A DNA stretch of 64,000 bases from Stylophora pistillata (GCF_002571385.2 NW_019217822.1:1-64000), one strand, 5' to 3'. Positions 26,808 to 41,637 are shown, numbered from the stretch's first letter. The notes: a model not told the origin generated them from the sequence alone. Numbers and translations: made by a program.

Positions 26808-29800
26808 ATGTCGATGCGGGAAGGAGAACCAACGCGGCGAACGACTTATGTCGGGAACAGCCAGCAAATGCTTCGGGATATCAAAAAGAGTTTACAACAT
26901 TTGAAAAGGCAGCCTGAACAACCTCAGAGACTTTCACAACAACCAGCGGCAACCCCGAGCTCGAACACGGCGACAACGGTTGTACACGAACAAACTACTC
27001 AACCAAACGCATCAAGGATTGCACACAACCCGAATCGGCGAGGAATGAGTCATGCGAAAGCTTTGGCCGAAATAAGGAGCAGTTTAAAACCCTTCGAGGC
27101 CACGGAATCGGGTTATTCTTCATGTTCTGAGAATGGAGAGGCCATTAACAAACAGTATTTGATGAGTCAACTCAAAGCAATGGGCTTGGACGAGGTACTG
27201 TATTTATATCACTACTTACTTTTTTGTTTTCGACAGGCCTTTCTAGTCTCGGTTCTTTCATTACTTCATGCCAATGTTTCGTTTGTGTGGATGTTGCAAG
27301 CGTACAAAAGTCGTGAACTAGGGTACTTCGTGTTTATTTGCTTCGGTCATATAACCCGGGTATACAATGATAGATTCACTGTATATCTCGAATATTTAGT
27401 TCTCGATAAATTATGCTGGAGGCTTTCCTGTTGTTTTATCTTGTACCGTTCTCTCTCCATCCCACAGATAGAAAACAACAGATGTACATTTTGGCATCGA
27501 TTTTATTGTGATAAGTCAGTAAATGAGCTTTAGATCTCAGGGGAAAGACCATTTTTTCCGCTCGGCCGCCAGTGTTTTTTTTTATCGCCGGTTCTTTTTC
27601 GTGTTAAGTTACATATCCGCAATGCTTTATCATCTCAAGCATTTGGATGTGGCAAATGTTGTGTTCTTTTTGCGAAGTCTGTCCGGAAGCGCAGGTCAAA
27701 GGGTTGGTTTCAACGGATTCCTTCAGCTGCTGGCTTTGAGTTCTTAGCATGGAGTGTTGAATAGCATTCGTTGCACTCATGCCTTTCACTCACGTGAGAA
27801 CCGATACAAGTGCACGACCATGCGAAACGATCTGAAATTTCATTGCAATTTCTTTCTTTCGGAGTGTCTATTTAAAGGGACATCTGGAAACAGGCATCCT
27901 GAAACTATCATTTACCTGAAAACTGATAAATGTTTCAGCTTAAAATAGGTGCCAAAAAATGCGGTGACCGAATATCGGATTACGCGACATTTTTGAAATC
28001 CCGAAAAATGTTGGATGTTGACCTACTGATTGAACCAGTGCGGGTACTTTTTGGAACATATGTTTTCTATTTCAACTCACCCGGGGGGATGAAAATTCTA
28101 GATATGGTATCAATGGTTACACTTTGACTTCTCATTCCAGGATACGGCCACTGAAGCCATAAAGATGACTGCTAACAGGACAGTGGAGGATGCATTGCAA
28201 CTTATTGAAACTTTAGCATCAACGGGGGGCTACAACAGAGTCAATTTTGGTTCAAATACACCAAACAGTCGGTCTCAACTTCCTCCCCCCTATAATGCAG
28301 CAGTCAACCGTCCTTGGAAAGGTTCAGAAGAGGAAACAGCCAGAGCAGAATCACCCATGAATGCTGTAGAAAGGGTACACAGTACAATTTCCATGCCATG
28401 TGCACAGGCAAGTACAGGAATGTCAACACCAGAGGCTACAAGGGCTGAGTGGTGTGTTCAGAGGTCAAATAACCCTGGACAACTTGTCCAACCGTGGCGT
28501 GGTGCACATATAGCAACACCTCAGCAAAGATTTGTTGAGCGAACTGGCCCAAAACTGCAGCTTGGTTGGAAACCTACAGCAGTTGTTGGGCCAAGACCAA
28601 TGCAAGGGATGAATCAGGGTCAAGCACAATTTGTCAATGGTGTTGGTGCTAATGTTCCTTCTCCGCAGTTTCATGTAAGTGCTAACCTCACGTTAACTGG
28701 AAACAACTCTGCTCCTGATGAGTATCAAGGAGGCCGGATGGCTACCAAGGTTCCGAATGCTACAGGAAGTGGCACAAATAATATGTCGTTCAACATATAT
28801 GTTCAAACCAATTTTCCACCAAATTCCTCTGAGAACATTCAGGCATCCAGTCAAGGACAATTTTACCAAAATACGGCTCCACATATTGTTCCAACGGTTG
28901 TTCAGGGTACACACAGTGATGCATTGAACTGCAACTCACCCATACCAAGTGCACAACAGACTCCAGTGCCACACTTTGTTCAGTCTTTTGACCCAACTCT
29001 TCATCCTCCACCTGCATATGCTCCAGTTCCAAGGAGGCAGACTCCTTCTGATGTAAGCATGGGTGAGGCAAGCAACTGGCAAATCCATGTACCACGCGTA
29101 TCATCACGGTCACCAGTACCACCTCCCTGTGATCAGTGGAGACACTCTTGGAATACAGAAACATCATCCAACTCTGGTTCAATAAGTGACGAAATGCCAT
29201 GGTCTAGTTCTTATAATGACAGTGGACCTCCTTCTCCTCTGTCGGACTCATCATTCACGGTGGAGGGTTCAACAAAGGTTACCAATGTAACTGGGACAGT
29301 TGTTTACCGTCTTGATTCACCCAAACGGCCACCAATTCCAAACATGGAGGCCTCAGTTCCTTGTAATGAAGATGATGATCAAATGTCAGAGTCTGATATG
29401 GAGACTCTGACACCGGGCCAGAGATATGGACAATACAAGGAGAAATCAAAACTAAAGACTGTTTCTCCCACAGCAACTAAATTTTACTTGGAGCAACACT
29501 TTGAAAATTTAATGAAGAACACAAAGGAAAGGGAGAAGAGACGTGTTCAGCTTGAAGAGGAGATGGATAAAGTTGGACTTTCTCATGATGCGAGAGATCA
29601 AATGAGAAAAATCCTAATGAAGAAAGAAACAAATTACACTCGTCTGAAGCGATCAAAGATGGATATAACTATGTATGATAAGATAAGTAAAATTGGTACG
29701 GGAGCATTTGGAGAAGTGTGGCTTGTACGGAAAATAGACACAAACATGTTGTATGCCATGAAAATACTTCGGAAGACTGAGGTTTATAAGCGCAATCAGA

Positions 29801-31602
29801 TGGCTCATGTCAAAGCTGAAAGAGACATTCTTGCAGAGGCTGACAATGAGTGGGTTGTTAAGTTGTATTATTCTTTCCAAGACGATAAATTCTTGTATTT
29901 GGTGATGGACTACATCCCAGGAGGAGACTTAATGAGCCTTTTGATCAAAATTGAAATCTTTCCAGAGAATCTGGCAAGGTTCTACATTGCAGAACTTGTA
30001 CTGGCAATTGAGTCAGTTCACAACATGGGATTTGTGCACCGGGATATAAAGCCAGACAATGTGTTGATTGATCGTGATGGTCATATCAAACTGACAGACT
30101 TTGGGCTTTGCACTGGCTTTCGTTGGACCCATGACAGCAAGTATTATGAGGACAAGGATGGCCATAAAAGACAAGAAAGCATGGACTATGGCATGCAGTA
30201 CTGGGATCAAATGGAGTATTCTGCAGACTTAAATGAACAGCTTCTTCAGAAGTCACTTCAACAAATGAAGCCACTGGAGAGAAGGCACTTTCGCAAGCAC
30301 AAGCGGAGTCTTGCGCATTCTTTAGTGGGTACACCGAATTACATAGCACCAGAGGTATTGCAGAGAAGTGGTTACACGCATCTTTGTGATTGGTGGTCTG
30401 TTGGAGTAATAATGTATGAGATGCTGGTTGGACAACCTCCATTCTTGGCTTCCACACCAGCAGATACTCAACTGAAGGTGGGTGGGTGATTCTCCATTTC
30501 AGAGAAGTGTAAAACTTTTAGGTGGTACAGCAGAAGCTTACAAACACAACCAAAATTGACTAATGACAAGGTGGTCATTACCTGGTTCATTGATTGAATA
30601 GAGCTTTTCTTTTAACTCAGTTGTAAATTAATTAATAGGTGGTTGTATGGCAGTGTTCCAAGTTGTTACTGCATGTAATGTCTGTGTATGATAAGAAAGC
30701 AACCATGAGTTAGCTTGGTTGAACAGTTGGCACATTTGTTGCACTTCATTGCAATTTGCTCAAAAGGTTTGGAAGACTGAGAGACAATTTCACTGTCCTT
30801 GAAAAATTTTGTTCTTGACCTATTTCATTTAGCATTATTCTTAGTATCTCTTTGGACAGTCCTTGATTATTCTCAACCATTTGGGATCTATGTCTGCTTT
30901 GTCTTTCCTTATCATGAAATTCTTTATTTTATGATTTATTTTCTTCTACTTCAAAGAGTTGCCAACACTATCTTTGAAAGAGAATTGCAATACTCAGGGG
31001 TTTAAAATTTTCTGTAAATAGCTATGTCTTAAAGCTGGGCCAAAGTATAGTTAAATTTACTACAAATAGTTTTTATCCCCCTTGCATATTTCAATTGATT
31101 TCCCAGTGTAATGTGAATTTCATTTCCTTTTTTTCAGGTCATCAACTGGGAAACAACACTACACATTCCCAAGCAAGCTGAACTTAGCCCTCAAGCCAAA
31201 GACTTGATCCTGAGACTGTGTACAAGCCCAGAGCGGAGGCTTGGAAAGAATGGAATTGAAGAAATCAAGAATCATCCGTTCTTTGCTCATGTTGACTGGA
31301 GTTATGGTGTGCGTCGCATACCTGCCCCATATATCCCACACATTGCCTCTCCGACTGACACATCAAACTTTGATCCAGTTGATGAATCAGAGAGAATGAG
31401 CAGTGATGAAGGAGGAGCAGCAGCCTCAGTAGTTGCAAATGAACCAGTGGCACCCAGACAGGGCAAACTTCCCGAGCATGCATTTTATGAATTCACATTC
31501 AGAAGGTTTTTCGATGATGGTGGTAATACCTATGCCACTGCAAGGAGGTACTCATCAGATGACAGTGGCACAGACACTTCTAAAGATCCAGTATATGTGT
31601 AA
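26808..31602 (+). CDS. LATS: Serine/threonine kinase LATS/warts (Hippo pathway), ~1062 aa
   Basis: Exons 26808-27194, 28141-30477, 31138-31602 (GT-AG, phase 0). Features: KALAEIRSSLKPF, UBA-like MGLDEDTATEAIK, PPPY and PPAY motifs, MOB-binding KKETNYTRLKR, GTGAFGEV, HRDIKPDN, DFGLC, AHSLVGTPNYIAPEV, hydrophobic motif EHAFYEFTFRRFFDD, C-terminal PVYV. Confidence 0.97.
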
Positions 31603-31934
31603 CTTAATGATTCCTTGTTGTTTTGTAGTTGTTGTTATGGGTGGTTTTGTGGGGAGCACAGTAATTTTCTTGTGAATCTATCTTGGTCTGTTCGCAATGA
31701 TTTTTGATAAACAAATAAGAGATCAATGCTTTTTAGAAAAGACATTTCTGGTTGAAGTCTTGACTAGAAACCAGAATCTGTACCATACAATTTTGATGCC
31801 ACTATAATATTTTCATTTCTCTTTGACAACTAATCAAGGAAGATTAAGTAGACTGTGTGTACTGTTATCAGAGTTCTTTGAGGAAACTAGGTGTACTGTC
31901 TCAGATGAATGAAGTTTATCCCAAATTCTGTTAA

Positions 31935-32144
31935 TAAACCTTTAACTCCCAAACTCTGATTGCTCATTCTCCCCTCTAGCTGCTACACACTGTCTTCTAA
32001 ATTGAATTCAAGAATTTGTTGTTACATCAAGATAACTTTAACCTGATAAGTTAGAGTATTCTTAAATTTATACCTGATTGCTGGATATATGGTTATTGTA
32101 AGGAGAAGCTACATGTTAATCACTTTTGGGAGTTACAGGGTTAA
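31935..32144. mobile_element. MITE with TTAA-CCCT...AGGG-TTAA-type (piggyBac-like) ends, family B
   Basis: AACCTTTAACTCCCAA ... TTGGGAGTTACAGGGTTAA. Related copies at ~34630-34830 (reverse), 52071-52425, ~58990-59180 and ~370-520. Confidence 0.65.
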
Positions 32145-35100
32145 AGACAGAAGTAATCAAACTTTTACTGTGTTTTGGTCTTTTATTCAATCAGGCTGCA
32201 CTGCTAGAATTTATTTGTCAAGTCAGATTACTTTAAAGAAAGTTTTATCCTGCATTACAGACCTATTTGAATCAAGAAAAAAATAACAATTTGCAAGAAT
32301 TTAAAGTTCCCTTGCTGTTTTAGTGAATCAGCATGTGAGAAAAATGTCCAGAGAAGAAGATGTTCATTCTCTCTGGCATAACTATTTAACTTGTGTTACA
32401 AACAAATGTTATTTTTGAAGGAGGAATACAAGGTTATCAGAGTTTTATTGTAATACTTGTTAAAGAGTCTGTGTAGTTTTAATTTATCCCTTGAGTTTCT
32501 TTTAAAAAAGTTTCCCTTATACGTTACAGTGAAAAAAAAAAAAAGAAAAAGAATGGGCAATTAAAATTTATGAGAAGAGGAATTTCTTTAGCTTATCTCA
32601 TTTTGTTTGGTATGTCTTGCATAGGCTTGTATGGTGGTAATTGAAATTTTGCCATACAGTACCATGTTGTCTGTGGCACACCAGACAAATAATTTCATGA
32701 GGTCTCTACAATACCAAAGCTTTTTTTTTTTTTTTTTTTGGGGGGGGGGGGGGTGGCAGCTAGCATTGATGAGTTCTTAGTGTTCCTGACCATACAAGGT
32801 ACATTGTATCCCTCCCAATCCTCCACTTTAGATTGACTGGCTGACTGACCAACTGTACTTACCTGGTCTCTAGAGCAATGAAATGTGCTATGTCCATCCC
32901 TGCACACCCCCCAACAAGTCGATGGTAAAGGGGGAGGGGAGGCACTGAGGTGGGTGAAAGGGTAGGGAGACTAAGGGATCAGAAGCCATTTTCACCTAGA
33001 GTTGTGATGAAAACATTTCCTTAGAAACGTTGCATGGTGCGAACAAGCAAAGTAACCCACGCTAACAAACACGGGACGTTGCCCTGCAGTTTTTCAAGAG
33101 TTCCAAGCTCCTGGATCGCTAGGAATTCGTTTCCTTTTGTCTGTACCCTTAAAAACTTCCTCCATCATAAGGATAATATTTGACTTCTTATATTGACATC
33201 GTGGTTTGGTGATTAGTCAATATCATGATGACAGCTGAGCGAAAAAAGAAAGAAGACGATTTAACTGAATATTTTCGTTTAGGAGTCTCGTTGATTTACC
33301 AAGAAAATTTCGTGACTTGCCACAAAGATTCCATTGACTAAACCGAGAGAGATCTGGGCAGGTTAGCTTCTATTCGTTTGGTTACAATCAGATTACAACC
33401 ACTTGTCACGTAAGTGACATTTCAACCCGGTAAATTTACACGGGGGCTTGGAATTTTTTTAGCAACTCTGAACCACCTAAAAAGATATATTACGAACTCG
33501 CAGAAAAAGCTGTAAAATGTGTCATTTGTTAGGCATCTTAATCTGGACGAGAACCCTCTTGAGTTCAATCATTCGTAATGAATTGTTCGCAAGTGGGAGT
33601 AGAGGTGAAAGCCGCTATTATTTAGGTAGAACACCTGGCTAACAATAAGCAATGGAACTTTCTCAACTACGTGGTTGAAACACACCTGCGGTTTTCATAC
33701 CAATAACTTATTTGGTAAATAGGTATAAGCTTTCTCACCAACTCATTAAATTTTAGAAGGAGCAATATTTCATCCATTGTCTCAGTTCTAAACAAGAAGA
33801 TAGGAACCACTCACTGGTTTTGATGGGGTTCGAAAATGCAAACTGGATTTTGTAAGATCTGCCACATGGACTTAAAGGGGGAGAATAGTTTTCCAAAAAA
33901 GAAAATTAGAGAAACCGATATCTTAATGTAGTGGACAACCTCAAAACACGAACTAAAGACACAGAAGTGAAAAAATATATCCCTCTCTAAGTTTTTGCTT
34001 GCATCACAGGAAATTTTGAACCACAAAAGTTTTCGCACCCTCTTTCTTTTTTAAGATTTATATGCTCGGGACGGTCTACCGCCTTCAAAACAAAACTTGA
34101 CCCTTTTATACCGCTATTTCCTAGCAACAGAAACGACACATGTTGATTTTTATGTTGTACTCTTACTATCTCAACCAGAAAATAGTTTCTTGAGGAAGAA
34201 AAGAGGAAGTGATTCAGCAGAAAAACCCTCGCACTACCTCTGATTTCAATTGGCTTCCTGTAAATAGAACCTCGATTTTCTTTCGGCTTTTGGAAGGCCA
34301 AAAAACTCACACAAATCCCAACCATCTGAAACACTTCTCGAAACCATGTCAGCAATGAAACTTCTCGATTAAAAGAAAGCGGATAGGTTAGAGTGGGTAT
34401 TTGACAGGAGCATTACCTGTAAGCGGATTGTGGTCAAAGATGGTTCATCGGCACTGTTTTGGGGGAATCTACGTAATGACACATGTATGATGTAAATGTT
34501 TTAGCACGTACCTAATAACTTGCCAAGGGCACCCACGCAAGCAAAGCGCGGGAGTTTTGCTGATGAGAGATTTTCGATCCCTAGCCAGGAGTGTGACAAG
34601 CCAAGGACGAAGGCTTGTCAGAGGGGGCTTAACTCCCAGAAGTGATTAACTTGTAATTTCTCCCTACATTGCCCTACACATTATCCAGCATACACTTTTG
34701 TCATGCGAATACTCAACTTTAACAGATAGAGGTTGTAACCTTTGATCTAACACCAAATTCTCGTAACTAATTTACAAAGAAATTTTTAGCAGCTAGAGGG
34801 GAGAATTCACAATCAGATCTTGGAGCTAAGATAAACTGGTCAAAAGAGAAAGCTGGTGACGCAATCTCATCAAGGAACAGCAATTTCTGACTAAACCAAC
34901 ACTTACCAAATCAAATATGGCACAAAATCAAGTCTACTAAAGCCTATGGGCTCACTCTCGCTGTAAGAGTCTGTAAAGTTATCGAGTGAGCAAAGAAACA
35001 AAAACATCGATAATGACGGAGAGAAAGCAAAGAGATAATCTTTATAGCTTCTTATAACGAGGGATATCCCTATTTTCGAATTTTTTGACCCAACAAAGGA

Positions 35101-35229
35101 TTATTTCACAAGAAGTGGAGACAACTTCCTTTCAAAATCTGTTCCCTTAGTATTTGACTGAAGGTTTGAAGGAAACGCGTTAAAAAGGAAACGTTTTAGG
35201 GGATATAGCGTTCCTCGAACGATGAGACA

Positions 35230-35900
35230 ATGCTTCGTTCTGTAATATTGGACGTACCTCTTTTCACTTATGGCAGCGTTGTTTGGCATTCTAAAGTAAC
35301 GAATGAATGTTTATTACGTCTTTTACGTCTCCAAAAGAGAGCAGCTAGGATTATACTCGATGCAGAACCACGCGCCTCTTCTGTTGTGCTTTTCAACCAA
35401 TTGAAATGGCTGCCTTTTTACGCAGAAACTCGTAATAATAAATGTGCAATATTATATAGGAGAATTGAACACGCAGTGCCAGAGTATCTTATATGGACTC
35501 CTTGAAAGTGAATAGCTCTCGACATTCACGTAATACCAGGTTTGCCAGCTTGAATTTTATTTCGCCTACATACAAGAGAAAGACTGAAGGAGGAAGCTCG
35601 TTTGTAGTGTCTGCAATACAGGCCTGGAACAATTTAAATTGTGAAATAAGGAAGCAGCCGATTGTAAAATGTTTTAAGCGTGCCTTGAGAAAGTAATTTC
35701 TACAAGATCAAGCTCACTTGCCTTACTTTTATCCATAATTTTTATTGAACTTTATTATGTATTTATTTGTTCAATTTTTATTATAGAATTATTACCTGTC
35801 CATTGCTTATAGTTTAATAATGTAATTTTTATTCATATATAGCAGAGGGCCACAAGTTTATTAGTTTTTAACTATTATGTGCTACCCTCTTTAAATAAAG
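35230..35900 (+). mobile_element. 3' fragment of a non-LTR retrotransposon (CR1/L2-like LINE)
   Basis: YGSVVW...LLRLQKRAARIIL...LFNQLKWLPF...PEYL, then (frameshifted) HSRNTR...SF...AIQAWNNL, an AT-rich 3' UTR and CCCTCTTTAAATAAAG. Confidence 0.8.
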
Positions 35901-38137
35901 AGTACTCAGTACGACTGCTACTATTGAGGGATCTGAGTGTTCAAAGCTTTAAAGGCAAGCATGATATCGAGGGATGTCGTTCACTGCACAATAATATAAT
36001 AATAATAATAAAATATTAATACTAATAATAATAACAGTTGTAATTATTATTATCATTATTAGGGAAATGACAACAAGAAGTAGACTCTGTGAGAGTCTCC
36101 TTCATTAGTTTTACAGCTTGACATGGCTAAGCAGATGTGTAAAGCTACCAATTTATATCCCAAAATTGTCTGCAGTTCTTTTTTTTGTTTACAGAAGGAC
36201 CTTAGGACCTGAACGGATTCGGCTAACTCACCAAAGGAAGGAAAAAACTCATCGAGTCACACCTTACAACGAATATTTCAATTTAACAGACATAATTCCT
36301 GATCGAGTACCTAATATCAACGATGTCAACTTCGCTCGGTATGTTTTGAAATTGAGTTCTTCAATGCAGGGCATCACGTTTTCAATTATTTTCATCTCCA
36401 GTTCGAAATATCGATAAAAATATTCGAGACAAGAAGCTCACGGAGACAGACAGACTGATTGACAACCACTGCTAATTTTAATCATGAATATCAGCATTAA
36501 AAATTCCGTGAAAATATTTATCAAGAGGCTAGAGTGTCATCGATTTTGTAATCTGTTATCGTAAAAATACCCTACAAGTGACCTGGCTGAGAACAAATCA
36601 CTTAATTGTTTTTCCATTAATTTCCTCTCTACCTGCACGGAAACACATTTTTAATCCCCCTGGGAAAATATGACCCAAAAAATAATTCACTTCATTTCCT
36701 TTGTCGATATTTTGAGGAACAATCAAGAATGCAAGGAAATATTTGAGTACCCGCCAAAGGCGCAAGATCAACATTGTTTGCCGGGTTCTTAAGCCCTACA
36801 ATGAAACGTCAATGGAACGTTAACTTCAAATCCAAGAAACAAATTCCCTTCTTATCGATCTGAATAATCCTGATAAGCTGACTTGGAGGATTTCCTCCAA
36901 GTTAATATCTTGCAGAGTAAACTAATGAATAAGAATTCTTCCACGCACAAGACGAATGCTGATTAGAGAGGTTATCACATACACGCTTTGAGTTAAAATA
37001 AAACTTTAGATTCAATGTCTTGTATACAAACATTTGAACTACATGAAATCCACAGCACGCAATAGACTATAACCCCTTTGTACTTAATAAAACAAGTTTA
37101 AAAGATGTTAAACAAGATTTGAAATTTTTTTCTTAATAGGAGCTACTAAAGTGATGTTTATCGACTTCAAAATTGGCTCAATGTAAACAAAAGTTACCCA
37201 ATACTTGAAGCTGTGTAAAATTTAGTTTTTTAGGTTTCCATGGCTGACTTTTATTTAGTTAAAACTGATTTAACTAACTAAAGCATGTTTTGCTGGTGTG
37301 AATGAGGTATAACATTGGTCGCACTTCCTTTTGTGGTTCTGATGATTTTAATTCGCTGCAGGCGATTACTTACAACTGGATTCAAAGCATGACAGTCCGA
37401 ACGGAAAAAAAATCTGAAGCTTACTGTTTAAGGTGGTATCAGTATCTGTATTCTCCATACTGTTCTCTATCCATTTCCTTTGGACCTGACAAGGAGATTT
37501 CGTTTAACAATGAAAGCTTCTTAGGTTCGCGATTATTTCCTTTGTTTTCATGATCTTTATGAATGATTCAGCAATATTTCTGTTAGGAGAAATTAGACGC
37601 TGGTCAGTCGTAAGGTTTTGAGGGCAAAGGTCAATCGATTTTCAATCAGAAGTCTTGCTTAAAGAAAACCACAAAGAAATGAAAGATGTTGTTTTATATT
37701 GTACTTTGTTTGTCTTTATTTGTTTGCAAATATCATGTTTGTGCGCGAAAAAAAAAGAAATCTCACAAGTACTTATACTTTATCCCACCAGCATCGAACG
37801 CAAGGCTCTGAAAATTTTGCATCGTTGTCACAATCTTGCGTTTTTTTTTTTTTCTATTGTCAAATAACAGCAGATGAGTTTACGGCATTTTTACATGTAA
37901 AATCATGACCGCAATCCTGCGCAAGACGGTGACTTTTTTGTCCTCTGCTTCTCAGAATTGACTGCGTGAAAAACTAAATGGTCAAATAAATTCAACCGGA
38001 AAGTGAATTGACTTTAAATCGATGGATTTTTTCGATAAACGAACCTCTCTTTACTCAAGGTATTGGTCAACACCGTAAGATTTTTCCTTTACGTGTAACA
38101 TCAAGCATCTTTTCTGATCGCACCAGATACACCAGTG

Positions 38138-39964
38138 TCAACCAATAACCGACGGCTCCAGTGGCCTGGGTAATTCTGCTCTGGCCACCACTGTATAATC
38201 ACTACAGTACTTTAAAACTGACGATAAAGCTTCTTTGTCGAGCTTATAGTGCTCCGCAAGTTTTTCATCTGTCCACTTATCAGGATCCTCCAATCTCTTT
38301 GCAAAAAGTTCTGACAATTGGACTGAGGTAATTTTCCCTTTCGGCACCACGCCTACCTGACGGGACATCGACTCGCGGGATACGGGTAACTTTCTGTTTG
38401 TCTCCTGCTCTCCTGTGATAGGCTGAAACATGTGTCAAGGGTTTTGATTAGTTAGATGGTCCACCGAGGCAGCTACTACTTTAAGTTGGTATTCACACGA
38501 TGAACACCAGACAAAGAACAAATTCACATGTATTGCTCTGTGAGAGCTGCACAAAAAAAACCTACTTTTCTCTACAACTCTCTCAGTCTAATTATTACAT
38601 CCATTGCAAAATCAAGAGATTGAAGATCAAAACTAATACAAATAATAAACATCAAAGTACCACAGATTTATCACCATGGTCTTCTCTCTTTCTCCTGTGG
38701 GATCAGGATATAAATAATGTTTATGGAAGGAATTCACACCACTAATGAATGGAATGAGTTATCAAAATTGATACTGAAGATAGTCTCCTTGACCTAAAAC
38801 AGTCTTTGGGTGCTAGAACTGAACAATTTCAAATACAAAAAGTCTCTATCCAATTTCATACCTTCCCTTCCTGGGCATCCATTATTTTGAAATCCTTTAG
38901 TCTGCCTAGAAGGATGTCATCTTTTCTGTCTCTCTGTTTAAACAGCTCCTTGTTATCTAGAGACCAAAATTGATCTATCAGGTTTCAGTAACTTTTTCTC
39001 TACACAGCTGCTGACGGAAGCAGAAAGCCTGCTCTCTAAACAGCTGCTGATGGAAGCAGAAAGCCTGCGCCTGCTCTCAGGCTAAACAGACTACAGATAG
39101 AGGTCTGATAGGCAGCAGCAGATTGCCGCAAACTGGCGTTTATTGAAACCCCTGGATTAAGACACTACTCAGCTACACAGAAACATAAAATGTGGATTGT
39201 TTGTGTCAAACATAAACTGCATTTTATTAACACATGTCAAATAGACTTTGCAGCGCAGCTCAAATTAAATTTTCCTCCAATCACGGGATTGTACAGCAAT
39301 AAAACAAACCATGCACTAAGGTTCTGCCCTTTTTCAAGTCTTCAGATTTCAGGCATCCAGAGGTTGAAATATATGCAACAAGTTACGTTATACTCTTCCT
39401 TAGGACGGACACCAGATGTTGCTCCTCTAAGGATTTACCTTGGAAAGTGTCGATTGCACTATTCGATGTAAATATGAATAGCGCTAGATCTCTGTTTCAA
39501 CACTATTTACCTAGCCGAGTGTTTTTGTATAATCTCCGAGAGGAAGTTGATTTGACAATAATTATTAACTTCTGAGGTGCACTGAAAAGCAATTAGACAA
39601 GATACAAAGCGGAATGTCATAACATGATGCGTTGATTGTACTGTCCCACATTAATCTATATCATACTGCATTTCAAATCTCTTGATATGCCGATGACTAG
39701 TTAGTACATCTTTTGTAAGTCAGAACTGTTCAATTTTACATTCACACATCAACATAAAAACTTAGAGTTAAGGATCGAAGATTTCAGAGATTCCAAGCAA
39801 ATCCTCTCAGAATACTCACGGTTTCGTGCATCAGCTATTGCAGATTCCGAGCTAGGGTGTTTTGGTGCAGGCTTTGGTTTCTTTTCCAGTATTTTCTCCA
39901 CTCTTCTGTGAGTTTCCAAAGGTTTCCTTATGAGACGAGTGGCTCGTGAGATCCCGGCGCCCAT
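38138..39964 (-). CDS. NDUFAF4: NADH dehydrogenase complex I assembly factor 4, ~174 aa
   Basis: Exons 39964-39820, 38956-38862, 38422-38138, phases consistent. MGAGISR...HRRVEKILEKKPKPAPKHPS...KDDILLGRLKDF...VPKGKIT...DPDKWTDEKLAEHYKLD...VLKY. Confidence 0.9.
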
Positions 39965-41136
39965 GTTGGATTTCAACTCTACAGGCGAACTCCGCTGGCT
40001 TAACCGGTGCTACAGTCGTATGACCCAGATCACCCCGGTCAAAACACGGGCCTAATTAAAACTGGAAGGCCGCTTTTTGTCAGCAGATTTCCCAATTTTT
40101 ATCAGAAGATTCAGGGTTCCTGATAATAGTGAGATGTCGATCAGCCATTTTATTATGAACACTTTGGCTAATGGTCATTAATATGAGCGTAAGGTCCCTC
40201 TGGAATATCCATGTGTAGGACTTCAGGATCAAAGAACGGGAGTTCTTGTTTGAAATTTTGTATCTAGCCCCAAGAAGAAACTCGAACTTTTTTAACTCAA
40301 AAAAGACCACTGAGATAAAAGTTGTGAGGGCATTAGAACATTTCCTGTTGAAACAATACTGCATACTGGACTGAAATGCTATAACTGGAATGCATGAAGA
40401 ATGCATTTCTAATTGGATTACTAATACACTTTATATTCTATGAATATATGAAGTTCATATATTTTGAACTGCGGTATTAAATACGTATGCTGCACGATCC
40501 TTCGCAGTAGATAGCGCTATTTATGCAATAGCGAAAATCAGACCTAAAAAAAAAATCAGGCCTGTACGGGATTCGAACCACTGACCTCTGCGATACTAGT
40601 GCAGCGCTCTACCAATTGAACTAAAAGCCAACTGTGAGCAGGCCGTTAAGTTAATTCGTAATAAACCCGCGATGATTTATCATCACCATGATGATTTATC
40701 ATCGCCCGTGATGATTTATCATCNNNNNNNNNNNNNNNNNNNNNNNNNNNNNNNNNNNNNNNNNNNNNNNNNNNNNNNNNNNNNNNNNNNNNNNNNNNNN
40801 NNNNNNNNNNNNNNNNNNNNNNNNNNNNNNNNNNNNNNNNNNNNNNNNNNNNNNNNNNNNNNNNNNNNNNNNNNNNNNNNNNNNNNNNNNNNNNNNNNNN
40901 NNNNNNNNNNNNNNNNNNNNNNNNNNNNNNNNNNNNNNNNNNNNNNNNNNNNNNNNNNNNNNNNNNNNNNNNNNNNNNNNNNNNNNNNNNNNNNNNNNNN
41001 NNNNNNNNNNNNNNNNNNNNNNNNNNNNNNNNNNNNNNNNNNNNNNNNNNNNNNNNNNNNNNNNNNNNNNNNNNNNNNNNNNNNNNNNNAGCGCTATTTA
41101 TGCAATAGCGAAAATCAGACCTGAAAAAAAAAAATC

Positions 41137-41209
41137 AGGCCTGTACGGGATTCGAACCACTGACCTCTGCGATACTAGTGCAGCGCTCTACCAATTGAGC
41201 TAACAAGCC
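41137..41209 (-). tRNA. tRNA-Thr(AGT)-like sequence, probably a pseudo-tRNA
   Basis: GGCTTGTTAGCTCAATTGGTAGAGCGCTGCACTAGTATCGCAGAGGTCAGTGGTTCGAATCCCGTACAGGCCT. Acceptor and D stems pair, A and B boxes are intact, the T-stem is mismatched, and an oligo-T follows. Confidence 0.5.
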
Positions 41210-41388
41210 AACTGGGAGCAGGCCGTTAAGTTGATTCGTAATAAACCCGTGATGATAAATCAGATACAATGAATATATGAAGTTCATATATTTTGAACTG
41301 CGGTATTAAATACGTATGATGCACGATCCTTCGCAGTAGATAGCGCTATTTATGCAATAGCGAAAATCAGACCTGAAAAAAAAAAATC

Positions 41389-41461
41389 AGGCCTGTACGG
41401 GATTCGAACCACTGACCTCTGCGATACTAGTGCAGCGCTCTACCAATTGAGCTAACAAGCC
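41389..41461 (-). tRNA. tRNA-Thr(AGT)-like repeat copy
   Basis: Same sequence as 41137-41209. Confidence 0.5.
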
Positions 41462-41637
41462 AACTGGGAGCAGGCCGTTAAGTTGATTCGTAATAAACCC
41501 GTGATGATAAATCAGATACAATGAATATATGAAGTTCATATATTTTGAACTGCGGTATTAAATACGTATGATGCACGATCCTTCGCAGTAGATAGCGCTA
41601 TTTATGCAATAGCGAAAATCAGACCTGAAAAAAAATC

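Noticed and set aside
27195-27533. Hydrophobic C-terminal extension of ORF 26808-27533
   Set aside because: Read-through into the intron after the GAG|GTACTG donor; the UBA-like region continues at 28141.
39004-39070. Short tandem duplication containing CTGA(C/T)GG...GAAA
   Set aside because: Stems and core do not fit a hammerhead; treated as a simple local duplication.
40600-40723. Left end of the tRNA-like array mirrors the right end, suggesting large terminal inverted repeats
   Set aside because: It carries the same private variants as the inverted copy and stops at a gap; the assembler may have borrowed reads from the palindrome. Not trusted without long reads.
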